From contig WRJE01000003.1 in NCBI GenBank assembly GCA_009782385.1, positions 1,711-65,710 on the forward strand: a DNA stretch of 64,000 nt, in the 5' to 3' direction. The notes beneath the pieces are model-generated. The model was not told where the DNA came from and searched no databases. It was given only the letters and a program-made list of their open reading frames with translations. Each line of letters begins with the position of its first letter. Position 1 is the stretch's first letter. Shown in pieces: positions 44,348-54,330 of this stretch. The translations under genes were made by a program, and so were the position numbers. Source of the DNA: Oscillospiraceae bacterium (GTDB lineage: Bacteria > Bacillota > Clostridia > Oscillospirales > UBA929).

Positions 44348-45181
44348 ATGGCAATTAAAACATACAAGCCGACAACGCCCTCTCGCCGCCATATGACTTC
44401 TCTGGACTATTCCGAGCTGACTAAGAAGAAGCCGGAAAAAAGCCTGTTAGAACCTGTTAAGAAGACGGCGGGACGCAACAGCTACGGGCGCATTACCGTT
44501 CGCCATCACGGCGGCGGCAACAAGAGGAAGTACCGTATTATAGATTTCAAGCGCAAGCGTATTGACGAGTTCGCGGAAGTCATCGCGTTGGAGTACGATC
44601 CGAACCGCAGCGCGAACATCGCGCTCATTAAATACGATGACGGCGAAAAGGCATATATACTTGCACCGGTAGGGCTGAAAGTCGGCGCGAAGGTCATGTC
44701 CGGCATTGGCGCGGATATTAAACCGGGTAACTGTTTGCCGTTAGCGAACATTCCGTTGGGAACGTTCATTCACAACATCGAAATGTACCCCGGCAAAGGC
44801 GGACAGCTCGTCCGCGGAGCGGGAACTTCCGCTCAACTTATGGCTAAAGAGAACGGCATGGCGCAGGTAAGGCTGCCCAGCGGCGAAGTGAGAATCATCC
44901 GCTTGGAATGCAAGGCTACAATCGGGCAAGTCGGCAATGTGGATTATGAAAATGTTAAAATCGGAAAGGCCGGAAGAAAACGCAACATGGGTATCCGTCC
45001 AACGGTACGCGGCTCGGTCATGAACCCGGTGGATCACCCGCACGGCGGCGGCGAGGGACGCTCACCAATCGGACGGCCGGGACCGGTTACTCCGTGGGGC
45101 AAGCCGACGCTTGGTTATAAGACGAGAAAATCACGTAACCGCACGGATAAATTTATTATCAAGCGGCGCGGAAAGAAATAG
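44348..45181 (+). CDS. rplB: 50S ribosomal protein L2 (uL2)
   Basis: [14 protein letters not shown]...[10 protein letters not shown]. Confidence 0.95.
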   Translation: MAIKTYKPTTPSRRHMTSLDYSELTKKKPEKSLLEPVKKTAGRNSYGRITVRHHGGGNKRKYRIIDFKRKRIDEFAEVIALEYDPNRSANIALIKYDDGEKAYILAPVGLKVGAKVMSGIGADIKPGNCLPLANIPLGTFIHNIEMYPGKGGQLVRGAGTSAQLMAKENGMAQVRLPSGEVRIIRLECKATIGQVGNVDYENVKIGKAGRKRNMGIRPTVRGSVMNPVDHPHGGGEGRSPIGRPGPVTPWGKPTLGYKTRKSRNRTDKFIIKRRGKK

Positions 45182-45195
45182 GAGGGAAGCTGTAA

Positions 45196-45471
45196 ATGAG
45201 CAGAAGCGTTAAAAAGGGTCCGTTTGCGGCTCCCGAATTACTGAAACGTGTTGGGGAACTTAATAAGACCGGGCAGAAAAAGGTGCTGAAGACTTGGTCA
45301 CGCGCGAGTACAATATTCCCTGAGTTTGTTGGGCATACGTTCGCCGTGCATGACGGAAGAAAGCACGTTCCGGTATACGTTACGGAAGATATGGTAGGAT
45401 GCAAGCTCGGAGAGTTTGCGCCGACAAGGACGTTCAGAGGTCACGCGGGCAGCAAGACCTCGGGCAGGTAG
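45196..45471 (+). CDS. rpsS: 30S ribosomal protein S19 (uS19)
   Basis: [10 protein letters not shown]...[28 protein letters not shown]. Confidence 0.95.
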   Translation: MSRSVKKGPFAAPELLKRVGELNKTGQKKVLKTWSRASTIFPEFVGHTFAVHDGRKHVPVYVTEDMVGCKLGEFAPTRTFRGHAGSKTSGR

Positions 45472-45483
45472 GGGGTGGACATT

Positions 45484-45819
45484 ATGAAAGCTACCGCGCA
45501 TATGAAATATGTCCGCATATCGCCGAGAAAGATATCGATTGTCGGTGACCTAATACGCGGCAAAGAAGTGGAATACGCGAAAGCCGTTCTGAGAAATACG
45601 CCGAAAGCCGCGAGCGAGCCGCTTCTGAAAACGCTGAACAGCGCGTGTGCAAACGCAGAAAACAACTTTGAGATGGACGTTGATAACCTTATCGTAGCCG
45701 AAGTACTTGTCGGAGCGGGACCGATACTGAAGCGTATCAGACCGCGCGCGCAGGGCAGAGCGTTCAGAATTTTCAAACGCACATCGCATATAACCGTTTC
45801 GGTTGCTGAGAGGAGTTAG
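45484..45819 (+). CDS. rplV: 50S ribosomal protein L22 (uL22)
   Basis: MKATAHMKYVRISPRKISIVGDLIRGK. The ATG at 45484 sits behind AGGGGGTGG. The track start GTG 45475 is probably too early. Confidence 0.9.
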   Translation: MKATAHMKYVRISPRKISIVGDLIRGKEVEYAKAVLRNTPKAASEPLLKTLNSACANAENNFEMDVDNLIVAEVLVGAGPILKRIRPRAQGRAFRIFKRTSHITVSVAERS

Positions 45820-45822
45820 TTT

Positions 45823-46713
45823 ATGGGTCAGAAAGTTAATCCGCACGGTTTACGCGTTGGCGTTATCAAAGGTTGGGATTCACGCTGGTACGCCAGAGAC
45901 GAAAAAGTGGGCGACCTTATAGTCGAGGATTATAAAATCCGCGAGTATATTAAGAAAAAACTCTATTCCGCCGGTGTGCCGCGCATTGAGATTGAGCGCG
46001 ACACGGCAAGGGTAAGGATTTTCATTCACTGTGCCAGACCGGGCGCGGTCATTGGCAAGAGCGGCGCGGACATCGAGGTTCTTCGCGCTGAAATAGAGAA
46101 GATGATCGGCAAGACCGTTGCGCCGATAAATATTGTTGAAGTACGTTCGCCCGATATGAACGCACAGCTCGTTGCCGAGAACATCGCGGCGCAGCTGGAG
46201 AAGCGTATTTCGTTCAGAAGGGCACTCAAGCAGGCTATGGGACGCTCGATGCGCCTTGGCGCGAGAGGTATAAAGACACAAGTGTCCGGTCGTCTTGGCG
46301 GCGCGGAGATTGCGCGTACCGAGCATTATCACGAGGGAACAATACCTTTGCAGACACTTAGAGCGGACATTGATTACGGATTTGCCGAAGCGCACACGAC
46401 CTATGGGCGTATTGGCATAAAAGTTTGGATTTATAAAGGCGAGGTTCTGACGGTCGGGAACAGAATGGGACCGCGTACAATCGAGACCGCGCGTCCGCGC
46501 GATAACCGTGAAAGACGCGACAGACGCGACAACCGCGATGGATTCAGAGGAGACAGACGTGACGGCAATTTCCGCCGTGACGGCGGAGGAAGACCGCAGG
46601 GCGGAGGTTTTGGCGGTCAGAGGAATCAGGGCGGTTACGGACAACGTCCGCAGGGCGGCGGCTTTAACAGCAGTCCGCGTCCGCCTGCGAACAGGGAAGG
46701 AGGAAACAAATAA
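45823..46713 (+). CDS. rpsC: 30S ribosomal protein S3 (uS3) with ~75-aa Arg/Gly/Asp-rich C-terminal extension
   Basis: [13 protein letters not shown]... KH and S3_C core, then [58 protein letters not shown].... Confidence 0.95.
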   Translation: MGQKVNPHGLRVGVIKGWDSRWYARDEKVGDLIVEDYKIREYIKKKLYSAGVPRIEIERDTARVRIFIHCARPGAVIGKSGADIEVLRAEIEKMIGKTVAPINIVEVRSPDMNAQLVAENIAAQLEKRISFRRALKQAMGRSMRLGARGIKTQVSGRLGGAEIARTEHYHEGTIPLQTLRADIDYGFAEAHTTYGRIGIKVWIYKGEVLTVGNRMGPRTIETARPRDNRERRDRRDNRDGFRGDRRDGNFRRDGGGRPQGGGFGGQRNQGGYGQRPQGGGFNSSPRPPANREGGNK

Positions 46714-47132
46714 TGGCACTTCTCCCTAAGAGAGTGAAATACCGCCGCGTACACCGCGGAAGGTTAAGAGGAAAGGCTCTTCGCGGCAACACTATAAGCT
46801 ACGGTGAGTTCGGCTTGGTTGCAATGGAACCGTCGTGGATAACGGGAAATCAGATAGAGGCGGCTCGTATTGCCATGACGCGCTATATTAAGCGCGGAGG
46901 TAAGGTTTGGATTAAGATTTTCCCCGACAAACCGGTGACATCAAAGCCCGCCGAAACGCGCATGGGTTCCGGTAAAGGCTCGCCAGAGTTTTGGGTGGCG
47001 GTTGTTAAGCCGGGGCGCGTAATGTTTGAAATCGCGGGTGTTCCCAGAGAGTTGGCGCATGAGGCGTTTCGTCTGGCAAGTCATAAGCTGCCCATAAAGA
47101 CGAAAATTGTTGACAGGGAGGCCGAATCATGA
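46713..47132 (+). CDS. rplP: 50S ribosomal protein L16 (uL16)
   Basis: [19 protein letters not shown]. Confidence 0.95.
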   Translation: MALLPKRVKYRRVHRGRLRGKALRGNTISYGEFGLVAMEPSWITGNQIEAARIAMTRYIKRGGKVWIKIFPDKPVTSKPAETRMGSGKGSPEFWVAVVKPGRVMFEIAGVPRELAHEAFRLASHKLPIKTKIVDREAES

Positions 47133-47335
47133 AGATAGATCAAATACGTGATTTGAGTAGGCCGGAAATGGAACGCAAGCTGCATGATTTGAAGAGAGAC
47201 TTATTTAACCTAAGATTTCAGCACGCGACGAACCAGCTCGATAACCCGATGCGCATCGGGCAGGTTAAAAAAGATATTGCGAAGGTGCTTACGGCTATTC
47301 GTGAAGATGAACTTAAGGAGGCCGCCGGGAAATGA
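47129..47335 (+). CDS. rpmC: 50S ribosomal protein L29 (uL29)
   Basis: [22 protein letters not shown]. Operon position fits. Confidence 0.9.
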   Translation: MKIDQIRDLSRPEMERKLHDLKRDLFNLRFQHATNQLDNPMRIGQVKKDIAKVLTAIREDELKEAAGK

Positions 47336-47592
47336 GTCAAGACAGAGCGTTTCGTAAAACCAGAACAGGGCGCGTAATGTCCGACAAGATGGATAAAACC
47401 GTTGTGGTCGCCATTGAGTACAGGGTAAAGCATCCGCTTTACAAGAAAATCGTTAAGAAAACTTATAAACTAAAAGCGCATGACGAAAATAACGAGTGCC
47501 GCGTTGGCGATGTTATTAAAGTCATGGAGACCCGCCCGCTTTCTAAAGAGAAACGTTGGCGTTTGGTCGAGATAATTGAGAAAGCGAAGTAA
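47332..47592 (+). CDS. rpsQ: 30S ribosomal protein S17 (uS17)
   Basis: [32 protein letters not shown]. Confidence 0.95.
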   Translation: MSQDRAFRKTRTGRVMSDKMDKTVVVAIEYRVKHPLYKKIVKKTYKLKAHDENNECRVGDVIKVMETRPLSKEKRWRLVEIIEKAK

Positions 47593-47606
47593 AGGAGGCT
47601 TCTGCC

Positions 47607-47975
47607 GTGGTACAGCAAGAGACATATCTGCGGGTTGCCGATAATACGGGCGCGAAGGAAATTAAGTGCATTCGCGTTCTGGGCGGCTCAGCCCGCCGTT
47701 ACGGTAACGTCGGAGACGTTGTGGTGGCCTCTGTTCGCAAGGCGGCGCCGGGAGGCGTTGTTAAGAAGGGCGAGGTTGTCAGAGCCGTTATAGTGCGTAC
47801 GGCGCACGGCGTTAGAAGGCAGGACGGTACGAGAGTACGTTTTGACGACAACGCGGCGGTAATTATTAAAGAAGATAACAACCCCAGAGGGACGCGCATT
47901 TTCGGCCCGGTGGCGAGAGAGCTGCGCGACAAGGACTATATGAAGATACTGTCCTTGGCTCCCGAAGTTTTGTAA
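47607..47975 (+). CDS. rplN: 50S ribosomal protein L14 (uL14)
   Basis: (M)[28 protein letters not shown] start. Confidence 0.95.
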   Translation: MVQQETYLRVADNTGAKEIKCIRVLGGSARRYGNVGDVVVASVRKAAPGGVVKKGEVVRAVIVRTAHGVRRQDGTRVRFDDNAAVIIKEDNNPRGTRIFGPVARELRDKDYMKILSLAPEVL

Positions 47976-47990
47976 GGGGGGCGGTATATT

Positions 47991-48308
47991 ATGAGTAAGA
48001 TGCACATCCGCGCGGGCGACACGGTTATGGTGATGTCCGGTAAGGATAAGGGCAAAAAGGGTAAGGTATTGTCTGTTGTTACGGATAAACTGCAAGCAAC
48101 GGTCGAGGGTATAAATATCGCTACAAAGCATACCAAGCCGCGCAGGCAGGGCGATGTTGGGGGTATTATAAAAAAGGAAATACCCGTCAAGGCGTGTAAA
48201 CTTATACGTGTATGCCCGAAATGCAATAAGCCCACAAGACTTGGACACAAGATATTGCCGGACGGCAATAAAAGCCGCGTATGTAAAAAATGCGGCGAGT
48301 TGATTTGA
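47991..48308 (+). CDS. rplX: 50S ribosomal protein L24 (uL24)
   Basis: [25 protein letters not shown] is a KOW motif. The C-terminus has a CPKC...CKKC zinc-ribbon-like pair. Confidence 0.9.
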   Translation: MSKMHIRAGDTVMVMSGKDKGKKGKVLSVVTDKLQATVEGINIATKHTKPRRQGDVGGIIKKEIPVKACKLIRVCPKCNKPTRLGHKILPDGNKSRVCKKCGELI

Positions 48309-48322
48309 CGGGGGGCGTTCGT

Positions 48323-48868
48323 ATGGCACGTTTGAAAGAGAGATATAAGGCTGAGGTCGCGCCCGCGCTGATGAAGAAATTCGGTTATAAAAGTCCTATG
48401 CAGTTACCCACACTCGAAAAAATAGTAGTCAATGTCGGGTGCGGTGAGGCCAGAGATAACGCGAAGGTACTGGACGCGGTGGTAAGCGACATCACCAAGA
48501 TTACCGGGCAGAAGGCCGTTGTAACAAAAGCTCGCAAGAGCGTTGCGAACTTTAAGGTGCGCGAGGGTATGCCTGTAGGCGTTAAGGTTACTTTACGCGG
48601 CGAACGTATGTGGGAGTTCTATGACAAACTTGTAAACATCGCGCTCCCGCGCGTCCGCGACTTCCGCGGCATAAACCCAAACGCTTTTGACGGACGCGGG
48701 AACTACGCGATGGGCGTTAAAGAGCAGCTTATCTTCCCGGAGATAGACTATGATAAAATCGACAAAATCAGAGGTATGGACATAATTATCTGTACAACCG
48801 CGAAAACGGATGAGGAAGCCCGCGAGTTATTATCACTGATGGGTGCCCCGTTCACAAGAAACGCTTAG
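48323..48868 (+). CDS. rplE: 50S ribosomal protein L5 (uL5)
   Basis: [39 protein letters not shown] at 48323. Confidence 0.95.
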   Translation: MARLKERYKAEVAPALMKKFGYKSPMQLPTLEKIVVNVGCGEARDNAKVLDAVVSDITKITGQKAVVTKARKSVANFKVREGMPVGVKVTLRGERMWEFYDKLVNIALPRVRDFRGINPNAFDGRGNYAMGVKEQLIFPEIDYDKIDKIRGMDIIICTTAKTDEEARELLSLMGAPFTRNA

Positions 48869-48880
48869 GAGGGTTGAATA

Positions 48881-49066
48881 ATGGCTAAGAAATCTATGAT
48901 ACTCAAACAACAGCGCACACCCAAGTATTCGACCCGCGCGTATACGCGCTGTAAGATATGCGGTCGTCCGCACGCTTACCTGCGTAACTATGGGGTCTGC
49001 CGCATCTGTTTCAGAGAACTGGCATACAAAGGTCAAATTCCCGGCGTCCGCAAGGCCAGCTGGTAA
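48881..49066 (+). CDS. rpsZ: 30S ribosomal protein S14 type Z (uS14, zinc-binding)
   Basis: 61 aa with [23 protein letters not shown]. Confidence 0.95.
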   Translation: MAKKSMILKQQRTPKYSTRAYTRCKICGRPHAYLRNYGVCRICFRELAYKGQIPGVRKASW

Positions 49067-49079
49067 AGGAGGTCATATA

Positions 49080-49478
49080 ATGCACATCACCGATTCCGTG
49101 GCCGATATGCTGACCCGTATCCGCAACGCCAGCGCGGCCAAACACGACACGGTCGAGATTCCCGCCTCCAACCTGAAAAGGGCTATTGCGGAGATACTGT
49201 TGGAGGAAGGCTATATCAAGAATTTTCAATTTATCGGAGATAACGGTCAGGGTGTACTGCGCGTTTCGCTTAAATACGGCGAAGGCAAGAAGCAGGTAAT
49301 CACGGGTCTGCGCCGCGTCTCTAAACCCGGTCTGCGCGTTTACGCGGGAGCGGAGGAACTTCCGAAAGTCCTTAGAGGACTTGGAATCGCTATAATTTCT
49401 ACATCTCAGGGACTGATGACGGACAAAAAGGCCAGAGCCGCGCACGTTGGCGGTGAAGTCCTTGCGTTTGTCTGGTAA
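49080..49478 (+). CDS. rpsH: 30S ribosomal protein S8 (uS8)
   Basis: [17 protein letters not shown]. The ATG at 49080 sits behind GGAGGT. Confidence 0.95.
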   Translation: MHITDSVADMLTRIRNASAAKHDTVEIPASNLKRAIAEILLEEGYIKNFQFIGDNGQGVLRVSLKYGEGKKQVITGLRRVSKPGLRVYAGAEELPKVLRGLGIAIISTSQGLMTDKKARAAHVGGEVLAFVW

Positions 49479-49490
49479 GGGGGTATTTGA

Positions 49491-50039
49491 ATGTCAAGAA
49501 TAGGCAGAATGCCCATAGCTGTCCCGGCGGGCGTGGATATAAATGTCGGTGAGGGCAACTTAGTTACCGTCAAGGGACCTAAGGGGACGCTGACGCAAGC
49601 TCTGCACCCGAGAATGAAACTTGAGAAAACGGAGACAGGCTGGGAAGTAAAGCGCCCCTCGGAGCAAAAGAGCGACAAGGCACTCCACGGGCTGACCCGC
49701 ACATTATTCAACAACATGGTTACGGGGGTTTCCGCCGGATTTACAAAAGAACTGGAAATTAACGGCGTTGGTTACCGCGCGGCTAAACAGGGAAAACAGC
49801 TTATAATGAACTTAGGGTTTTCGCATCAGGTAATTTTTGAGGAGAGCGATGACATTAAGCTGGAAGCTCCCAGTCCGAACAAGGTTATCGTCAGCGGCTG
49901 CGACAGGCAGAAGGTAGGACAGTTCGCCGCCGAGATACGCGAAAAACGTCCGCCGGAACCCTATAAGGGCAAAGGCATCAAATATGTTGACGAGGTCATT
50001 CGCCGCAAAGAGGGCAAGACCGGCGCAAAGAAAAAGTAA
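49491..50039 (+). CDS. rplF: 50S ribosomal protein L6 (uL6)
   Basis: MSRIGRMPIAVPAGVDI.... Confidence 0.95.
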   Translation: MSRIGRMPIAVPAGVDINVGEGNLVTVKGPKGTLTQALHPRMKLEKTETGWEVKRPSEQKSDKALHGLTRTLFNNMVTGVSAGFTKELEINGVGYRAAKQGKQLIMNLGFSHQVIFEESDDIKLEAPSPNKVIVSGCDRQKVGQFAAEIREKRPPEPYKGKGIKYVDEVIRRKEGKTGAKKK

Positions 50040-50054
50040 GGGAGGGACGTTTAT

Positions 50055-50417
50055 ATGGTTAAGAAACCCAACACGAACGCGCAGCGTTTGCACAGGCATA
50101 AGCGTGTGCGCGGCAAGGTTACCGGCACTGCCGAGCGTCCCCGCCTTAATGTTTTCCGCAGCGCGAATCATATTTACGCACAGCTTATTGACGATGTGAA
50201 GGGTGTAACAATTACCGCTATGTCGTCTAACGCTAAGGATTACAAAGGGAAAACAGGCGGTAACAGCGCGGCCGCCGCCGATGTCGGCAAGGCTCTTGCC
50301 GCAAAGGCGAAAAAGTTAAAAATTACCAAGGTGGTCTTTGACCGCGGCGGTTATCTGTACCACGGGCGTGTCAAGGCTCTTGCCGATGGCGCGCGCGAGG
50401 GCGGACTTGAGTTTTAG
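50055..50417 (+). CDS. rplR: 50S ribosomal protein L18 (uL18)
   Basis: [31 protein letters not shown]. Confidence 0.95.
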   Translation: MVKKPNTNAQRLHRHKRVRGKVTGTAERPRLNVFRSANHIYAQLIDDVKGVTITAMSSNAKDYKGKTGGNSAAAADVGKALAAKAKKLKITKVVFDRGGYLYHGRVKALADGAREGGLEF

Positions 50418-50432
50418 GAGAGGGAGGACATT

Positions 50433-50942
50433 ATGGAAAGAATAGATGGAGCCGCCCTTGACCTAAGGGAAAAAATCGTATCACTGAACCGTGTTTCCAA
50501 GACTGTCAAAGGCGGGCGTATCTTTAAGTTTGCCGCTTTGGTCGTTGTGGGCGATGGCAACGGTGTCGTTGGTTTCGGTCTGGGTAAAGCGGGCGAGGTG
50601 CCCGATGCAATCCGCAAGGGTATCGAAGACGCGAAAAAGAATTTGGTTAGAGTAAACCTTTTCGGTACAACCATACCGCATGAAATTACCGGTGAGTTCG
50701 GAGCTGCCAGAGTGCTTCTGAAACCCGCCCCTCCGGGTACGGGCGTTATCGCCGGCGGACCGGTACGTGCCGTTCTGGAGACTGCGGGTATACGCGATGT
50801 GCGTACAAAATCACTTCGCTCAAAAAACTCACAAAATGTCGTTAGGGCTACAATGCAGGGTTTGAGAGCGTTGAAGAGTGTCGCCGAGGTTGCGAAAGCT
50901 CGCGGCAAATCACCCGATGAAATATTGGCGAAGAAGGTGTAG
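50433..50942 (+). CDS. rpsE: 30S ribosomal protein S5 (uS5)
   Basis: [38 protein letters not shown]. Confidence 0.95.
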   Translation: MERIDGAALDLREKIVSLNRVSKTVKGGRIFKFAALVVVGDGNGVVGFGLGKAGEVPDAIRKGIEDAKKNLVRVNLFGTTIPHEITGEFGAARVLLKPAPPGTGVIAGGPVRAVLETAGIRDVRTKSLRSKNSQNVVRATMQGLRALKSVAEVAKARGKSPDEILAKKV

Positions 50943-50944
50943 TT

Positions 50945-51118
50945 ATGCTGAAAATTAAACTCGTAAAAAGCCTTTCGGGGCGACATGACAAGCATATCGC
51001 CACCGCTCACTCGCTGGGGCTTAGGCGTATCGGCAATACGGTCACACAGCCCGATAATCCGCAGACGCGCGGTAAGATAGAGCAAATTAAGTATCTTATC
51101 TGCGTTTCGGAAGCATAG
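50945..51118 (+). CDS. rpmD: 50S ribosomal protein L30 (uL30)
   Basis: Below the track cutoff. Hand translation gives MLKIKLVKSLSGRHDKHIATAHSLGLRRIGNTVTQPDNPQTRGKIEQIKYLICVSEA (57 aa). Confidence 0.9.
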   Translation: MLKIKLVKSLSGRHDKHIATAHSLGLRRIGNTVTQPDNPQTRGKIEQIKYLICVSEA

Positions 51119-51127
51119 GAGGTCATT

Positions 51128-51568
51128 ATGAAACTGCATGAGCTTTCCCCCGCGCCGGATTCCACCCGTGAAGCGTGGCGCGTTGGACGCGGCATTGGCT
51201 CGGGTAACGGCAAGACCTCGGGTAAAGGGCATAAAGGCGCGAAGTCTCGCTCCGGTTATTCGCGCAAGCGCGGATTTGAGGGCGGTCAGATGCCTCTTGC
51301 CAGACGTTTGCCCAAGCGCGGGTTTAACAATATTTTCGCGAAACCGTTGGAGATTGTTAATCTAAGGGACTTTAACGTATTTGACGACGGGGCGGTTGTT
51401 GACATCAACACCCTGCTTGAGGAAGGTATTCTCAGGAAACCGGGGTACGGAGTTAAGGTTCTGGCGAACGGCGAAATCACCAAGAAAATAACAATTAAGG
51501 CGAATGCCTTTTCCGAGTCGGCAAAACAAAAGATTGAAGCTGCCGGAGCAAAAGCAGAGGTGGTGTAG
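51128..51568 (+). CDS. rplO: 50S ribosomal protein L15 (uL15)
   Basis: [37 protein letters not shown]. Confidence 0.95.
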   Translation: MKLHELSPAPDSTREAWRVGRGIGSGNGKTSGKGHKGAKSRSGYSRKRGFEGGQMPLARRLPKRGFNNIFAKPLEIVNLRDFNVFDDGAVVDINTLLEEGILRKPGYGVKVLANGEITKKITIKANAFSESAKQKIEAAGAKAEVV

Positions 51569-51570
51569 AA

Positions 51571-52860
51571 GTGCTTCAAACCGTCCGCAACGCCTGGAAT
51601 ATACCGGAGCTAAGGCGTAAAATCCTGTTTACCGCTTTTATACTCTTGATTTACCGTTTCGGCTCGGCTATTTGGGTGCCGTTTATTAACCGTGACCTGC
51701 TGGCGGAGTTCTTCTCGTCCAGCGGTCTTGGCGACACTATCTTCGGAATGTTTGATATGATGTCGGGCGGCGCGTTCTCGCAGGCCACTATATTTGCCAT
51801 GTCGATACAGCCGTATATTAACGCCTCGATTATTATGAACCTTCTGACCGTTGGTATTCCCGCGCTGGAGCGCATGGTCAAGGAGGGCGGTGAGGACGGC
51901 AAAAAGAAAATTGCCAGTATTACCCGTTTTGTAACGGTTTTGCTCGGTATCCTTATGGGTATCGGTTACTATGCGACTTTAAGCACGAACAACCTTGTTA
52001 CCCCGAACAACTGGTTTACCGCGACTGTTATAGTTCTCACGTTTACTGCCGGTACGGCGTTTATCATGTGGTTGGGCGAGCAGGTGACGGAGTTTGGTAT
52101 CGGCAACGGTATTTCGATTATACTTTTTGCCAGTATCGTGTCACGCGGACCGTCTATTGTATCCGCCGCTTATACTGGTATTTCGTCCGGTGCGCTGCAG
52201 TGGTGGCAGTTGATTATCATTCTCGCGCTGGCGTTGGTTGTCGTTGCGTTTGTCGTGTTCATCACGCAGGCTGAACGGCGCATACCGATTCAGTACGCGA
52301 AACGCATGGTCGGACGCAAAATGTACGGCGGACAGAGTACGCATTTGCCGCTGAAGGTGAATATGTCGGGCGTTATGCCGATTATCTTCGCACAGACGTT
52401 TGCGTCATTTCCGGCTACGATTGCCATGTTCTTCCGCGAACCCGCTCCCGGCACATTTATGAAAGGGTTCTTGGACGCTATAAAATACGGATCAACCATT
52501 TATGTCGTGGCATACTTCCTGCTCATACTCGGGTTCAGCTATTTCTATACGTCTATACAGTTTAACCCTGTTGAGATTGCGAATAACCTTAAACAGAACG
52601 GCGGGTTTATACCCGGATTCAGACCGGGCAAGCCGACTTCGGACTTTATATCCAAAGTTATCAACAAGATAACCCTGTTCGGCGCGTTGTTCCTTGCGAT
52701 TGTCGCGCTTATGCCGATATTGATGAGCCGGGTCGTCAGCGTTCAGGGATTGGCTTGGGGCGGAACGTCTGTGCTGATTGTCGTTGGTGTTGCGTTGGAG
52801 ACTGTTAAGCAGATGGAACAGCAGATGCTGATGAGGCATTATAAGGGATTCTTAGAATAA
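51571..52860 (+). CDS. secY: Preprotein translocase subunit SecY
   Basis: 429 aa with 10 TM segments. ELRRKILFT...IYRFGS at the N-terminus. GTG start. Confidence 0.95.
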   Translation: MLQTVRNAWNIPELRRKILFTAFILLIYRFGSAIWVPFINRDLLAEFFSSSGLGDTIFGMFDMMSGGAFSQATIFAMSIQPYINASIIMNLLTVGIPALERMVKEGGEDGKKKIASITRFVTVLLGILMGIGYYATLSTNNLVTPNNWFTATVIVLTFTAGTAFIMWLGEQVTEFGIGNGISIILFASIVSRGPSIVSAAYTGISSGALQWWQLIIILALALVVVAFVVFITQAERRIPIQYAKRMVGRKMYGGQSTHLPLKVNMSGVMPIIFAQTFASFPATIAMFFREPAPGTFMKGFLDAIKYGSTIYVVAYFLLILGFSYFYTSIQFNPVEIANNLKQNGGFIPGFRPGKPTSDFISKVINKITLFGALFLAIVALMPILMSRVVSVQGLAWGGTSVLIVVGVALETVKQMEQQMLMRHYKGFLE

Positions 52861-52864
52861 TTGG

Positions 52865-52928
52865 GGGACGCTGTCCTCAGCGTCCCGCATATAAAAGTGC
52901 GGCGCGTCAGGGATGCCGCGCCCTACGG
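52865..52928 (+). repeat. Two GC-hairpin family members inserted between secY and adk
   Basis: GGGACGCTG-TCCT-CAGCGTCCC (52865-86) and GGCGCGTCAGGGATGCCGCGCCCTACGG (52901-28). Confidence 0.75.
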
Positions 52929-52945
52929 GAAAGGTGTGGGTTTCT

Positions 52946-53572
52946 TTGAAAATTATCATGCTTGGACCGCCGGGGTCGGGCAAAGGGACACAGGCGGCTA
53001 TGCTTAAAGAGCAGCTCGGCGTTCCCGCTATTTCTACAGGAGCGATTTTACGCTCGGAGATTGCCGCCGGTACTGACATCGGGCTTAAAGCCGATGGGTA
53101 TATATCACGCGGTGAGCTTGTCCCGGACGATGTTATTATTGATATCGTTGAGAGACGTTTCTTGCAGCCGGACTGTCAAAAGGGATTTATTCTGGACGGA
53201 TTTCCGCGTACTACGGCTCAGGCGGAGGCGTTAGACGCTAAAGGCGTTAAGATTGACGCGGTTGTCGTTTTGAATCTCGATGATGAGGTTATTGTCAAAC
53301 GCATGAGCGGGAGACGCATTTGTAAAAAATGCGACGCGTCGTTCCATGTGGAGAAGAATCCCCCGAAAGCCGAAGGTATTTGCGATTTCTGCGGCGGCGC
53401 ACTTTATACCCGTGTGGATGACGCGCCGGAGACCGTTCGGAACAGATTGGATACCTATCATAAGAACACAGAACCGCTGCTGGATTACTACAAAAATCTG
53501 TTGCGTAATGTGGAAAGTTATGGTAATATAGATGATGTTCTGAAATCGATACTGGCGGCTCTCGGTGTATGA
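52946..53572 (+). CDS. adk: Adenylate kinase (zinc-lid type)
   Basis: (M)KIIMLGPPGSGKGTQA from TTG 52946. The lid has CKKC...CDFCGG. Confidence 0.9.
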   Translation: MKIIMLGPPGSGKGTQAAMLKEQLGVPAISTGAILRSEIAAGTDIGLKADGYISRGELVPDDVIIDIVERRFLQPDCQKGFILDGFPRTTAQAEALDAKGVKIDAVVVLNLDDEVIVKRMSGRRICKKCDASFHVEKNPPKAEGICDFCGGALYTRVDDAPETVRNRLDTYHKNTEPLLDYYKNLLRNVESYGNIDDVLKSILAALGV

Positions 53573-54330
53573 TTACAATTAAATCACAGCGGGAGATAGA
53601 GATAATGCGCCGCGCCGGGCATATAACAGGCAAAGCACTCGCGGCGGCGGGTGCGGCGGTCAGACCGGGCGTTACAACGATGGAGCTTAACGATATAGCG
53701 CATAGGGTTATCGTTAAAGCGGGCGCAAGACCTTCATTTTTGGGATATAACAAGTTTCCCGCATCGGTCTGTGTATCGGTAAACGATGAGCTGATACACG
53801 GGATACCTGGCAGACGAAAGCTCGCTGAAGGCGACATCGTCAGCATAGATGTAGGGGCTTATCTGAACGGTTATCACGGCGACTCCGCGGCAACGTTCGC
53901 GGTGGGAAGGATTTCAGACGAAGCGAGGCTTTTGATAGAGAACACGAGGTTATGTTTTTTTAAGGCGGCTGAGAGAGCGCGGCGAGGCTTGAGAGTGTCG
54001 GACATATCGCGGACAATACAGCAGACTGCCGAAAACGCGGGATACGGTGTTGTTAAAAAGTGGACAGGACACGGCATCGGACGCGCGTTACACGAAGCAC
54101 CGGACATACCGTGTTTTACGGAGAGAGCGCGAGGCGCGTTGTTATCGGAGGGCATGACGCTTGCGATTGAACCGATGCTTAGTGCCGGAAGCGGCGATGT
54201 TGATGTTGCCGATGATAACACAACGGTTATAACAGTTGATAGGAAACTGTGCGCTCACTATGAACATACGGTGTTGGTGACAAGAGACGGGTATGAGCTT
54301 TTGACTTATATCGAGGGGTTAAGCGTATGA
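53569..54330 (+). CDS. map: Type I methionine aminopeptidase
   Basis: MITIKSQREIEIMRRAG...HGIGR..HE.P. Confidence 0.95.
   Translation: MITIKSQREIEIMRRAGHITGKALAAAGAAVRPGVTTMELNDIAHRVIVKAGARPSFLGYNKFPASVCVSVNDELIHGIPGRRKLAEGDIVSIDVGAYLNGYHGDSAATFAVGRISDEARLLIENTRLCFFKAAERARRGLRVSDISRTIQQTAENAGYGVVKKWTGHGIGRALHEAPDIPCFTERARGALLSEGMTLAIEPMLSAGSGDVDVADDNTTVITVDRKLCAHYEHTVLVTRDGYELLTYIEGLSV

Noticed and set aside
45880-46719. 279-aa minus-strand ORF opposite rpsC
   Set aside because: It is antisense to an unmistakable uS3 gene, and the translation has no recognisable features. It is a shadow ORF. The same applies to 47688-48329, 50414-51232 and other minus-strand ORFs inside the ribosomal cluster.
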